Shown here: positions 14,391 to 24,496 of the stretch, in pieces | Layout: each line of letters begins with the position of its first letter | Position numbering within the stretch: position 1 is the first letter of the stretch | From: Anaeramoeba ignava BMAN | Lineage: Eukaryota > Protista > Anaeramoebae | Direction: 5' to 3' | NCBI GenBank assembly: GCA_028826165.1 | Contig: JAPDFW010000123.1 | Span: forward strand, 1 to 64,000 | DNA: 64,000 nt | Position numbers and translations under genes: made by a program | The notes under the pieces: model-generated | Databases searched by the model: none | The model's input: the letters and a program-made list of their open reading frames with translations, nothing else | Told to the model about the DNA's origin: nothing

Positions 14391-15530
14391 ATGAAATTTT
14401 TTAATAAAGATTTTATTATTCAAAAATTATCAATTTCCTTAATTTTTCATTTGATTACTTTTCTTTCTTATATTTATTACTTATTTTTTTATTCAAAAGG
14501 TTTAATTTTAATTTTAATTTTAATTAAAAACAAAAATTAATTTTTTTAAAAAAAATTTTTTTTTTTATTTAGATATTTTTCCAGATTTATATTTTATATC
14601 TTTTTTGGGAATTATTTTAATTTTAAATTTAATTGGAAGTTTAATATCCAAAAAAAGAATAAATCATTTATATGCAATTTCGTAATTAAAATTATTTAAA
14701 ATTAAAATTTAAAAATTAAAAATATTCTTTGTTTTGATAATAGATTTGAAAAAATTAATGTTATTCTTGGTTTAAGTAATTCAATTGCTTGCTATTTTAC
14801 AACTTTTTATTTCTTTACTGATGGAATTCGTTCATCTTCATGTTTTGATTCAAGAAATTTTCTTGTGTTTGAATTTCAAAAAAAAAAAATTTATGATTAT
14901 AAATTTAAATTTTTTAAATAAATTTTTCAATTTAGATTATCAATCACTCAATTCTTATTTTGGATTCGTATTTCTTCAGATATTTTAATAATGATAATTT
15001 TCTATAATTATTCAATAATTGATTTGCAAAAAGAAAAAAACCAAAAACTAAATTTAACAGGACTTTTTAATCTTTTTCTTGTTGATTTTTTATTTGGATT
15101 TGGATTTTTTCTTTCCTTTTATATTGAAACTTTTTTCAAAATCAAAATTAATAGAATGATTATTGTTCTTAATTTATTAATCATTTTATATTCAACAAAT
15201 CCTTTATTAAAACACTCAATTTCCATTTTAATGTTTTCAAGACCAGAATCAAAAGCAAATGAAATTGATTTATTAATATCAAAAATTTATTCAATTGATG
15301 GAGTTATTGATATTATTTTGAAAAAATTTTGGATTGTTCATTCTGGTTTTTATGCTGGAAAAATTCATTTAAAAATTTCACAAAATTCAAATTCAGATTT
15401 AATTCTTCAACAAGTTCATTCTTTATTTAAATATTTAATCAATTATCTTACAATACAAATTGAGATTGAAGAAGAAAATGGAAATAATTTTGATTTAGAA
15501 AATAAAGAAATGAATTTAGATTTAAATTAA
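14391..15530 (+). CDS. Divergent cation diffusion facilitator (ZnT/CDF-like) transporter, multi-exon
   Basis: ATG at 14391 after a TCATTTT element; hydrophobic segments; FEKINVILGLSN resembles the CDF TM3 region; C-terminal IYSIDGVIDI...FW...GKIHLKI...YLTIQIE matches the CDF cytosolic domain pattern. Confidence 0.65.
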
Positions 15531-15613
15531 AAAAAAAATGTGAATATTAATTAAAATTAGAATTTCAAAATAAAAATCAAAATTAAAAATGAAAAGATTA
15601 TATTGCGAATTTC

Positions 15614-18373
15614 CTATTTCTTTAATAATTTAGCAATCTGTTTTTGAAAAGTTGAATAATGAGAAAATTGATAAAAATCATCAGCATCTTTTAATTCTTC
15701 AATAACTGATTTAGGTGTTGATTCATTAATTTCATCAGTATATAAAAATTCAACAAGACATTTAAGTGCATAAATTGTTTTTCCACGATAATCAGAAACA
15801 GAATTTGAATCATCATTAACATTCAAAAACATTCCTCGAAATAAATCACTTCTTGCTGCCAAAACTAACTTATGAACCTTAATTTCTTTATTTCCTGCTT
15901 TCAATAAAAAATCCTTTGTTGATTCATCTTCATAAAGTTTCTTCAAATCTTCCAAAAACCCTTTTTTTCTACCTTTTCTTCCAATCCATTTTTCAATATC
16001 TTTTGGATTTTCTAAAATTTCATTTAGAATTTGTTTGATTTTTTCTTGTGAAGTTGAATCAATTTGTCCTGAATATAAAAATTTTAAAAATGGAAGAATT
16101 TCTTCTTTTTTCTTATTTTGTGAAATTTCAATTAATTTAGTAATTTTTTCATAATTTTTATCTTCAAGTCTTTTTTCAACAATTAATTTATGAGCTTTTA
16201 ATTCTCCATCTAAACATTTAATTTGAATATCTGTAAATTCTTCTCTTTTTAAAAAATTTTTCCAATCACTACAAATATTAATTTGAAAAAATTCTAATAT
16301 TTCTTCATTTTTAACTTCTTCTTCTGGTTTTTTTCCCTTATTTTATTTTATTATTTTTGAAACAAACCAAACCAAACAAAGAATATTTCAATCTTTTTTT
16401 AATAAGAAAAATGAATGAATGAATAAATAATTTTTGTTTTACATTCTAATTATTTAAATCAATTATTTAAAATTATTATTATTGAAAAAAATTTATTTAA
16501 TTTACATTCTTTTTATAAATAAAAATACAAATTAATTTTAATTATTTCTTGATACTTTTTCTTTTTAAAATTTAAAAAAAAAACATTTTTCAATTCAACA
16601 TCTGCTCCAAATAATATTAATAAAGAAATAATTTCATAATTAAATGTATTTTGACGAACTAAATAATGAAGAGCTGAATCATTCTTGAAAATTAAATGAA
16701 AAATTAAATTAATTTTCAATCTAAAAAAAATAATAAAAGAAATAATTTTACAGACTAAATCCAAAATTAAAATTAAAATTCAAACAAAAATAAAATTAAT
16801 TTACATTCTAAAATAATTTAAAATTTAAAATTTAAAATTAAAATTTAAAATTTAAAATTTAAAATTAAAATTTAAAATTTAAAATTAGTTTTTTTTACAG
16901 AAACACAATTAACATCTGCATTTCCTTCTAATAAATATTCAAAAATTTCTATTGGAGAAGGTTTTTGAGCAGCATAAAGTAAAGGTGAATAATTCTTTAT
17001 TTTTATATTTTTTTAATTTTTAAATTTTTTAAATTTGATTTTGATTTTGATTTTTATTATTTTTACTCCCTTTTTTTTTTGTTTGAAAATTTCAAATTAA
17101 ATTTTATAAATTCTTTTGTTTTTGTTTTGTGTAAATAATTTTTAATAAAAAAAATAATACAAACTAAATTTGAAATTTTAATTTTATTTAAATTTTTTTT
17201 AACAAAAAATTGTGTTTTTTTTACACCCTTTTATATTTTTTTTTTCAATAATAAAATATAAAATATAAAATATAAATTTACGGACTTAAAATATTATAAT
17301 AATTATTATTATAAGAAAATATTATAATTATTATTAAAAGAAAATAAAATAATTATTATTAAAAGAAAATATTATAATTATTATTAAAAGAAAATATTAT
17401 AATTATTATTAAAAGGAAATATTATAATTATTATTATAAGAAAATATAATAATTATTATTAAAAGAAAATATTATAATTATTATTAAAAGAAAATATTAT
17501 AATTATTATTAAAAGAAAATATAATTATTATTATAAGGAAATATTATAATTATTATTAAAAGAAAATATTATAATTATTATTAAAAGAAAATATTATAAT
17601 TATTATTAAAAGAAAATATTGATAATATACAGTTGTATGATTAATATTTGCTCCATTATCAATTAAAAATTTTACAGAAAGAGGATCTCCTCCATACCAA
17701 ATTAAATAAAATATTGGTGTTTCCCTCTAAAAATTTGATTAAAAAAAAATTAATTAATGAATTAAGAAAAAAAAATTATAATAAAAATAAACCCACTAAT
17801 TAATTAAAATGAAATTAAATACAATAAAAACAATGAATAAAAAACTTTCTTGGTTAATTTATAAATAAATTCAAATAAGTTTTTTTTACTCTCTAAAATT
17901 AAAAAAATGAGAAGAAAATTTTTGATATTTTATTTTTTTAAGAAAATTTGTAAAAAAAATATAAACATTAGGTTGATTAATATCAATTCCAAAATCAATT
18001 AATAATTTAAGTAATTCATTTGTAGGTTGATTTCTACAAGCTAAATGTAGTAAATTTTCATTCTATTAAAGAAATTAAAAAAACAAGAAAAAATTTTTAA
18101 TTAAAAAATAAAATATTTACATCCTTTTAAAAATGAATAATAAATTTAAAAAGAAGAAATCAATAAATTTTAAATTATAAATATTTTATTATTGAAAAAT
18201 TTGATTACATTCTAAATTTAAAAAATTTAATAAAATTAAAATTTAAAAATTAAAATTTATATATTTTTTTTTACAAGAGGAAAAGTAGTTGAATTTTTAA
18301 GTAATTTTTGGATTTCTTGAAGATGTTTATTTTCTTTTCCATTTCCTTTTATTAAACTATCAATATTACTCAT
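15614..18373 (-). CDS. Ankyrin-repeat + tandem BTB protein (~414 aa) built from 6 ordinary exons and 12 single-codon micro-exons
   Basis: Ordinary exons are 18373-18275 (33 codons), 18062-17967, 17726-17631, 16994-16899 (32 codons each), 16683-16585 (33 codons) and 16336-15614, all phase 0 with GT-AG. The four middle exons are each one ankyrin repeat (e.g. NENLLHLACRNQPTNELLKLLIDFGIDINQPN). The last exon has two BTB-like units (FTDIQI...AHKLIV; TKDFLL...VHKLVLAARSDLFRGMF). Confidence 0.9.
16443..16508 (-). other. 3-nt micro-exon pair 5: AAT (Asn, 16508-16506) and AAT (Asn, 16445-16443)
   Basis: aaaAG-AAT-GTaaat and attAG-AAT-GTaaaa; flanking introns 76, 60 and 106 nt. Inclusion gives GADVELKN-N-N-GKKP, the canonical ankyrin N-x-x-G-x-x-P hairpin. 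Confidence 0.85.
16752..16807 (-). other. 3-nt micro-exon pair 4: AAT (Asn, 16807-16805) and TCT (Ser, 16754-16752)
   Basis: tttAG-AAT-GTaaat and tttAG-TCT-GTaaaa; flanking introns 91, 50 and 68 nt. Confidence 0.82.
17067..17284 (-). other. 3-nt micro-exon quartet: TCC (Ser, 17284-17282), GGT (Gly, 17227-17225), TTT (Phe, 17163-17161), GGA (Gly, 17069-17067)
   Basis: ttaAG-TCC-GTaaat, aaaAG-GGT-GTaaaa, tttAG-TTT-GTatta and aaaAG-GGA-GTaaaa; flanking introns 346, 54, 61, 91 and 72 nt. Confidence 0.82.
17290..17620. repeat. ~23-bp tandem repeat (AAAGAAAATATTATAATTATTATTA-like) inside intron 7 of the ankyrin-BTB gene
   Basis: Directly visible tandem copies that expand one intron to 346 nt. Confidence 0.85.
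17793..17892 (-). other. 3-nt micro-exon pair 2: AGA (Arg, 17892-17890) and TGG (Trp, 17795-17793); possible third, AAA (Lys, 17848-17846)
   Basis: tttAG-AGA-GTaaaa and attAG-TGG-GTttat; flanking introns 74, 94 and 66 nt. ccaAG-AAA-GTtttt would split the 94-nt intron into 41+50 nt and is less certain. Confidence 0.82.
18121..18211 (-). other. 3-nt micro-exon pair 1: AAT (Asn, 18211-18209) and GAT (Asp, 18123-18121)
   Basis: Minus strand reads tttAG-AAT-GTaatc and aaaAG-GAT-GTaaat; flanking introns 63, 85 and 58 nt. Confidence 0.82.
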
Positions 18374-18473
18374 TGAAATAAATTTTAAAAATGAAAAAAA
18401 TGAATTTTATTTTTTTCATTTTTTTCATTTTTTTCATTTTTTTCATTTTCAAAATTTTTTTTTAATTAATTAA
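18374..18473. promoter_or_regulatory. Compact bidirectional promoter (ankyrin-BTB / RasGAP genes)
   Basis: 100 bp between divergent ATGs; two AAAATGA followed by four TCATTTT copies. Confidence 0.65.
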
Positions 18474-21400
18474 ATGCAACATCGATTTCGTTTTGAACGT
18501 ATTTTTAGTACTCCTAAACATCTTTTAAAAGATAAGTATCAAAAATCAAATCTTTCTTTTTCACAAGAAAATTTAGACTTTGAAACTGAAGGAGAAAGTT
18601 TACAACTTTTACAAGAAATACTTGAAGAGCAAAAAAAAAAACAGGAAGAATTAAAACTAAAATTAAAAAAAAAACAAGAAGAAATTCAACAAAATAGTTT
18701 TCAGTTTAAAAAGAATCAAAAAAAAACTTTAAATTGTTTTGATTTTACTTCTTTAAGTCATAAAATGTCAAATGAATTTAGAAAAAATACAAAGAAATTT
18801 TTGTTCAGTTATTCAATTTATAGATAATGAATTTTTAAATGAAAAACAAGACAAAAGATAAAATTATTCCCAAAATATGTCCAAATATAGATTTAAGACC
18901 AAATATTGTTTCTGTAAAAAAATTCGAAAAAAAATGAAATGAATTTTAATTGAAAATTTTTTAATTAGAATTTTTCTTTGTTTTTTTGCTAAAAAAAAAA
19001 TAAGAATTTTATAACAAGAATTGATCAAAACAATTATTTTTGAATCTTTCAAAAATTGTCTTATTCAAAATGAAGTTTCTTTTAATGACAAATTATCTCA
19101 TTCACTAATTCATTTTATCAAAATTTCTTTTAATGAAAAAGAACAAAAACCACCTTTAATTATTCATAAAGAAATTATTCAAAAAATATCTGAAATCAAT
19201 AATATTCAAATTCAAGAAAAATCAACTTTAGATTTGGAATTATTATCAATTATCCTATTTTTTCATTTTTCTTATAATTTCTATCTTGATTTGACTTCAG
19301 AAATTATTGAATCTTTGAAAAATGATTCACTTGATAATGGTTTGTTTTTATTTTAAAATGAATCATTTTTTTTAAATTTGAACTGAATTAAGAAAAACAA
19401 AAACAAAAACAAAAACAAAAATTTAGAAGGATATGATAATTTGCATTTAATTTTAAAAGATTTCTTTATGGAAAATTTCAAAGGCATTTTTCAATTTGCA
19501 AATATTGAAGATTTATTATTAGAATATTTATATCGAATTGGAGTAGAAAATGCAGAAAATGTTTGAATATTTTAATTTGATTTTTTTCTATCCAAAAAAA
19601 AAAAAACAAAATAATTTATAAATTTAAAACAAATTTAGAAAACGGAGGAAATATTATCAAAAGTAATGAAGAAAAATTTGGGGAATTCAATAAAAGCTAT
19701 AATTGAATATTTATTTGAAGAAGAAGAAAAGAAACTTATAAGTAAATTTTATGAAACAAAAATGGAAGAATTCCCAGATGGAGATGCAAATTTAATAAGA
19801 GAAGATAAAGATCGGTTTTATTTTTTGAAAAGTCTTTCAAAAGCGAAAAAAATACTTAAAAAATATTTAACTGAAGAAGATATATGCTATTTTACATCAG
19901 CAACAAATCAAAATGTGTCAAGAAATTCAATGGAGCCTTTATCAACTTTGCTATGCAATTTAATACAATCTTTGGGAATAACTCTTCCATTTATCAAAGC
20001 AATAATTTTTGCAGAATCAGAATCAACAATTTTAAAAGGAAGTTTATTTAGATCAAATAATTTTTGCTCAAAAGTTTTGTCAAAAATCACATTTCGATAT
20101 GGAAAAAAATGGATATACACAACTTTATATTCTGTTGTTAAGGAAATTACACAATCAGAAGGATCTTTTGAAATTGATGAGTTTGAAGTTGTTAATGAAG
20201 ATGATTTGAAGGAAAATGTCCAAAATTTAACGTTGTTTTCTCAAAAAGTGATGGATTCAATCATCCAAAATCTTCAAAAAGTTCCAGAAATTTTGAAAAT
20301 TATTTGCTATTATTTAAAATTGGCAACTGAATCAAAATTTCCTGAACTTGTTTTGAATGTGTTAAGCGGCTTTTTCTTTTTGAGATTTATTTGTTCTGCT
20401 CTTGCAACTCCTTTACGTTATGAAATTGTGAATTGTATTTTGAAAAATCAATATAAAAATTTATATAAAAATTTATCAAAAAACAACAACAAAAAAAAAA
20501 CATAAATAATTTGATCAGCAAAATTAAATGAAGAATCAAATGAAGCTCTTTTAGCAATTTCTTCTGTAGTTCAATCTTGGTCAAGTGGAATAAATTTTCA
20601 TTCAGATAATCAATATTTAGTAGATTTAAATAATTTACTTAAAACTAAATATTCGAACAGAGAAGAATTATTACTTCAACTTTCAGTAATAAATTCAAAT
20701 ATCATCAACGAAAAAAAAAAGAAACAAAAAAAAAATATATTCATAATCCAATTATTTTCTATGTTTCTTATTTAATTAGGATATCAAAGAAATTGATAAG
20801 AAAAAACTTAAAAAAAATGCAGATTATGGCATTGTTTATATTTCTTCACATCATGCTAATAAAATACCTAAATTGGCAAGTAAATTAAGAAAGCAAACAT
20901 ATAATTATCTTTTTGATAAGAAATTTTTTTTCCCAGAAAATTCAAGAAAGGAAATTGAAGAAGTTCAATTAAAAATGCAAAATATTATTCAAAATTTTGA
21001 AGGATTTTCAGAAAAAATTACAGAAAATATTATATCAATTCCTGATATTTATCAAAATGTGATTGAAAGTGGGAAATATTATTATATTCCTAAAGAAAAT
21101 GAAGAAAATCAAGAAAATCAAATTAAAGAAAATCAAGAAAATCAAATTAAAGAAAATCAAGAAAATCAAATTAAAGAAAATCAAGAAAATCAAGAAAATG
21201 AAGAAATTAATGAAAATCAAATTCAAGAAAATCAAATTCAAGAAATTAATTTATCATTGTTAAATTTTTGGCAACAACTTCAATTACTTCCTTTATCATT
21301 TCAAATGGATTGTTTTTTTAAAAAAATTGAGGATATTGAATGGAACAAAGGATTAATTCAATTAAGATTAAATTTTTTAATGGTTTTTAGTGAAAATTGT

Positions 21401-21595
21401 TTAAAACAACCAAATGAAATTTTTCTAATTGATGTTTTACTTCAAATTTTAAAAGATGAAAATGAAACAAATAAGATCATTTTGGAAAAAAACTTAAACA
21501 AATATCTTGCATTATTATTTGATTCAGAAAAAGAAGCAATTATATTTTTGAATGAAGTTAAAAATTTAAAAGAACAATTTACAAAAATTCAATGA
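18474..21595 (+). CDS. RasGAP-domain protein, multi-exon
   Basis: Arginine-finger LFRSN and FFFLRFICSALATP motifs; exons joined by short GT-AG introns; two apparent +1 homopolymer frameshifts near 18781 and 18842; C-terminal ENQ repeats. Confidence 0.85.
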
Positions 21596-21690
21596 AAGAA
21601 TAAAAAAAGATTAAAAAAAATAATTTTTTTCCGATTTTCATTTTTTTCATTTTTTTCATTTTTTTCATTTTTTTTCATTTTAAAAAAATA

Positions 21691-23079
21691 ATGTCAATTA
21701 GAATTAAAAAAAGACAAAAAAATCCTCAAATTAAAACAAGAGAAATTGAAAAAACTGAAGAAAAAACAGAAAATATAAAAGAAAAACAAGAATCGTTAGA
21801 AAATTTAAAAGAAATTAAGAAAAAACAAAGAATAAGAAAAAGAAAAAAAGGAATTGATACTGGAATACTTACTTCAGAAGATGCAAAAAAATTAGGACTT
21901 GTTCCTCATAAAATTGAAAAGGAAAACTCTAAATATGGTTTAAAAAAAAGGGAACCAATTAATTTAGATACTCAATTTACAGCACAAACTGATCAAGTTG
22001 ATATGATTCATGCAGAAATGTTAAAAATATTAAAATTATTAAAATTATTTAAAATATTTATCTTTTATTATTTATTTCAAATATTTAGGATGAAATTTGT
22101 TGATAATGAAATGAAAAAAGATTTAAATGTTTTAGATTCTAATTCGAAGAAAGATGAAATTAAAAATAATAAAAATAATAAAAATACAGATGATTTATCA
22201 AATGAAATTTATAATTATCTTCCAAAATATTTGATGACTGAAGTATTTTGAATAATTTGAATTTAAAATAATTTGAATTTAAAATAATTTGAATTTAAAA
22301 TAATTTGAATAATTTGAATTTAAAATAATTTAAATATTTTGAATTTAAAATAATTAAAATAATTTGAATAATTTGAATTTAAAATAATTTGAATTTAGAA
22401 TAATTTTAATTTAAAATAATTTGAATAATTTGAATAATTTGAATAATTTGAATTTAAAATAATTTGAATTTAAAATAATTTGAATATTTTAATTGAAAAT
22501 AATTAGAGTTTCTTAGTTCAACAAAATGATGATCTTGGTTTAACTGGAATTCAAGAAGTTGAAATGCCAGAGTAAAATTAAAATTATATTTTCAAAAAAT
22601 ATATTAATTCAAAAATTAAATTTAAAATAGTGTCAAAATCCAAAATATAGAACAAACTGAAAAGGCAAAAAGAAAATTAATGGAATTACAAAAAAAGTAA
22701 ATTCAAATTTTTAAATTTTTTAAATCTAAAAAAAAAGTGGAACAAAAACAAAAAATTTTTTATTATTATTATTATTATTATTATTCTTTCTTTTTTTTTC
22801 AAAATAAATTAATTTAGAAAAAAAAACAAAGGATCAAGAGATTATGTTCCAGTAAATTATCATTCTTTTATTCTTTCAAGTTTACAAAAAAAGAAAAAAG
22901 AAAAAAAAGAAGAAGATGAATCTAAAAATGAAGAAAGAAAAACAGAAAAAAATCAATTTTTAAAAAAAGAAAAAGAAAAAGAAATTAATTTAAATAAAGA
23001 TTCAAATACTAAAAGAGAAATATCAACAGATGGATTAGCAGTTAGTAGATTTAAGAAAAAAATGGGATTTTATAAATAA
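21691..23079 (+). CDS. C9orf78/Tls1 (Hep_59 family) splicing-associated factor, 5 exons
   Basis: Spliced product contains KQRIRKRKKGID, LDTQFTAQT, LTGIQEVEMP, KIQNIEQTEKAKRKL and STDGLAVSRFKK, which match the family. Confidence 0.8.
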
Positions 23080-23174
23080 AAATCAAAATAAAAATCCAAA
23101 ATAAAAATCCAAAAAAAAAAACGGAAAAATTTTTTTTTCATTTTTTTCATTTTTCATTTTTTTCATTTTTTAAA

Positions 23175-24284
23175 ATGAGTGGTTTTATTGAATTTGAATT
23201 ACAATGCAATCCTTTTCTTAATGAATTAAGATCAAAACCCAAATTTAAGAAAATATTAATGTTATTAAAAGGAACAAGAATAATAATTTTATCACCACAA
23301 ACAGTTCAAATTGAAAATATTCCAATTACAATTCAATTTGTTAAGAATCATCTTGGAATTATTAATCCTAACAATGAAAATCAAATTATAAAACTAAATG
23401 GATTGCCGTTAATTATAAAATCATTTTCAAAAGACGATATTTTTTTTGAACATTTAAATTCAATTTCAGTTACAAATCAACAAAGAAAACAATTTGAAAA
23501 ATTAATTAATAAACAAGAATCTACTTTAGCTTTTCAAAATTTGCAAAAAATTGTTTCTGATTTAGAAATTAATGAAATTTCCCAAATTTTAATTTTAAGA
23601 AGAGGAAATTTTTTTACAAATTCTCAAGATTTATCATTTCCTCTTTTAATTTTATCAAATGTTCTTCCATTTTCAATTGAAAAACGAAAATCCATTTCAA
23701 AACAAAAAGAGAAAGAAAATCAAAATCAAAAAGAAAATCAAAATCAAAATCAAAAAGAAAATCAAAATCAAAATCAAAATCAAAATCAAATTCAAAATCA
23801 AATTCAAAATCAAAATCAAAATCAAAATCAAATTCAAATTCAAAATCAAAATCAAAATCAAAATCAAATTCAAAATCAAAAAGAAAAAAAGAAAATTTAT
23901 TTGAAAAAGAAAAAAAAAGAAACACAAAATTTATTTGAAATTTCTTCTCCATTTCAAAATCAAAATCAAAATCAAATCCAAATTCAAAATCAAAATCAAA
24001 TTCAAAATCAAAATCAAATTCAAAATCAAAATCAAAATCAAAATCAAAATCAAAATCAAAATCAAATCCAAATTCAAAATCAAAATCAAATTCAAAACCA
24101 AAATCAAAATCAAAATCAAAATCAAATTCAAATTTTTTCTTTTTATAAAACTGATTTGAAAAATATTCAAATTGGTAATTTATCAAATCTTCTTTATGAA
24201 TATCAAGAACTTGTTAAAAAAAATCTAGAATTAAGAAGTATTTTAAAAGAAACACTTGCAAAACAAAGACAATTAATAAATTAA
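23175..24284 (+). CDS. Hypothetical protein with two Asn/Gln tracts and a C-terminal coiled coil
   Basis: 369-aa ORF preceded by CGGAAAA and TCATTTT elements; codon usage typical of the window. Confidence 0.75.
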   Translation: MSGFIEFELQCNPFLNELRSKPKFKKILMLLKGTRIIILSPQTVQIENIPITIQFVKNHLGIINPNNENQIIKLNGLPLIIKSFSKDDIFFEHLNSISVTNQQRKQFEKLINKQESTLAFQNLQKIVSDLEINEISQILILRRGNFFTNSQDLSFPLLILSNVLPFSIEKRKSISKQKEKENQNQKENQNQNQKENQNQNQNQNQIQNQIQNQNQNQNQIQIQNQNQNQNQIQNQKEKKKIYLKKKKKETQNLFEISSPFQNQNQNQIQIQNQNQIQNQNQIQNQNQNQNQNQNQNQIQIQNQNQIQNQNQNQNQNQIQIFSFYKTDLKNIQIGNLSNLLYEYQELVKKNLELRSILKETLAKQRQLIN

Positions 24285-24319
24285 AATTAAAATTAAAATT
24301 TAAATTAAATTAAATTAAA

Positions 24320-24440
24320 ATCGGAAAAAAATATTTTTTAATTAAATTTTTTTTTTTTTAACGATTAAATAACGGTTTAAAAAAAAAATAATTTAATTAA
24401 AAAAAAAAACAATTTGAATTAAATAAAAATCATTTTTTCT
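24320..24440 (+). promoter_or_regulatory. CDC20 promoter with TCGGAAAA, two Myb-type TAACG(A/G) sites, CHR-like TTTGAA and initiator
   Basis: TAACGA at 24359, TAACGG at 24370, TTTGAA at 24413 and TCATTTT at 24430. Confidence 0.45.
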
Positions 24441-24496
24441 TTTTCTTTCTTTAATTTTTTAATTCTTTAATTTGTTAATTTGTTAATTTTTATAAA

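Noticed and set aside
16388-16394. AG-ATT-GA island that would split the 106-nt intron into 50+53 nt (possible dead or GA-donor micro-exon); similar island at 16717-16722
   Set aside because: There is no GT donor, and ATTGAA is very common here; the second case would leave a 31-nt intron.
16554-16562. AG-AAAAA-GT island (5-nt exon candidate) in intron 15 of the ankyrin-BTB gene
   Set aside because: It would break the frame and leave a 24-nt intron.
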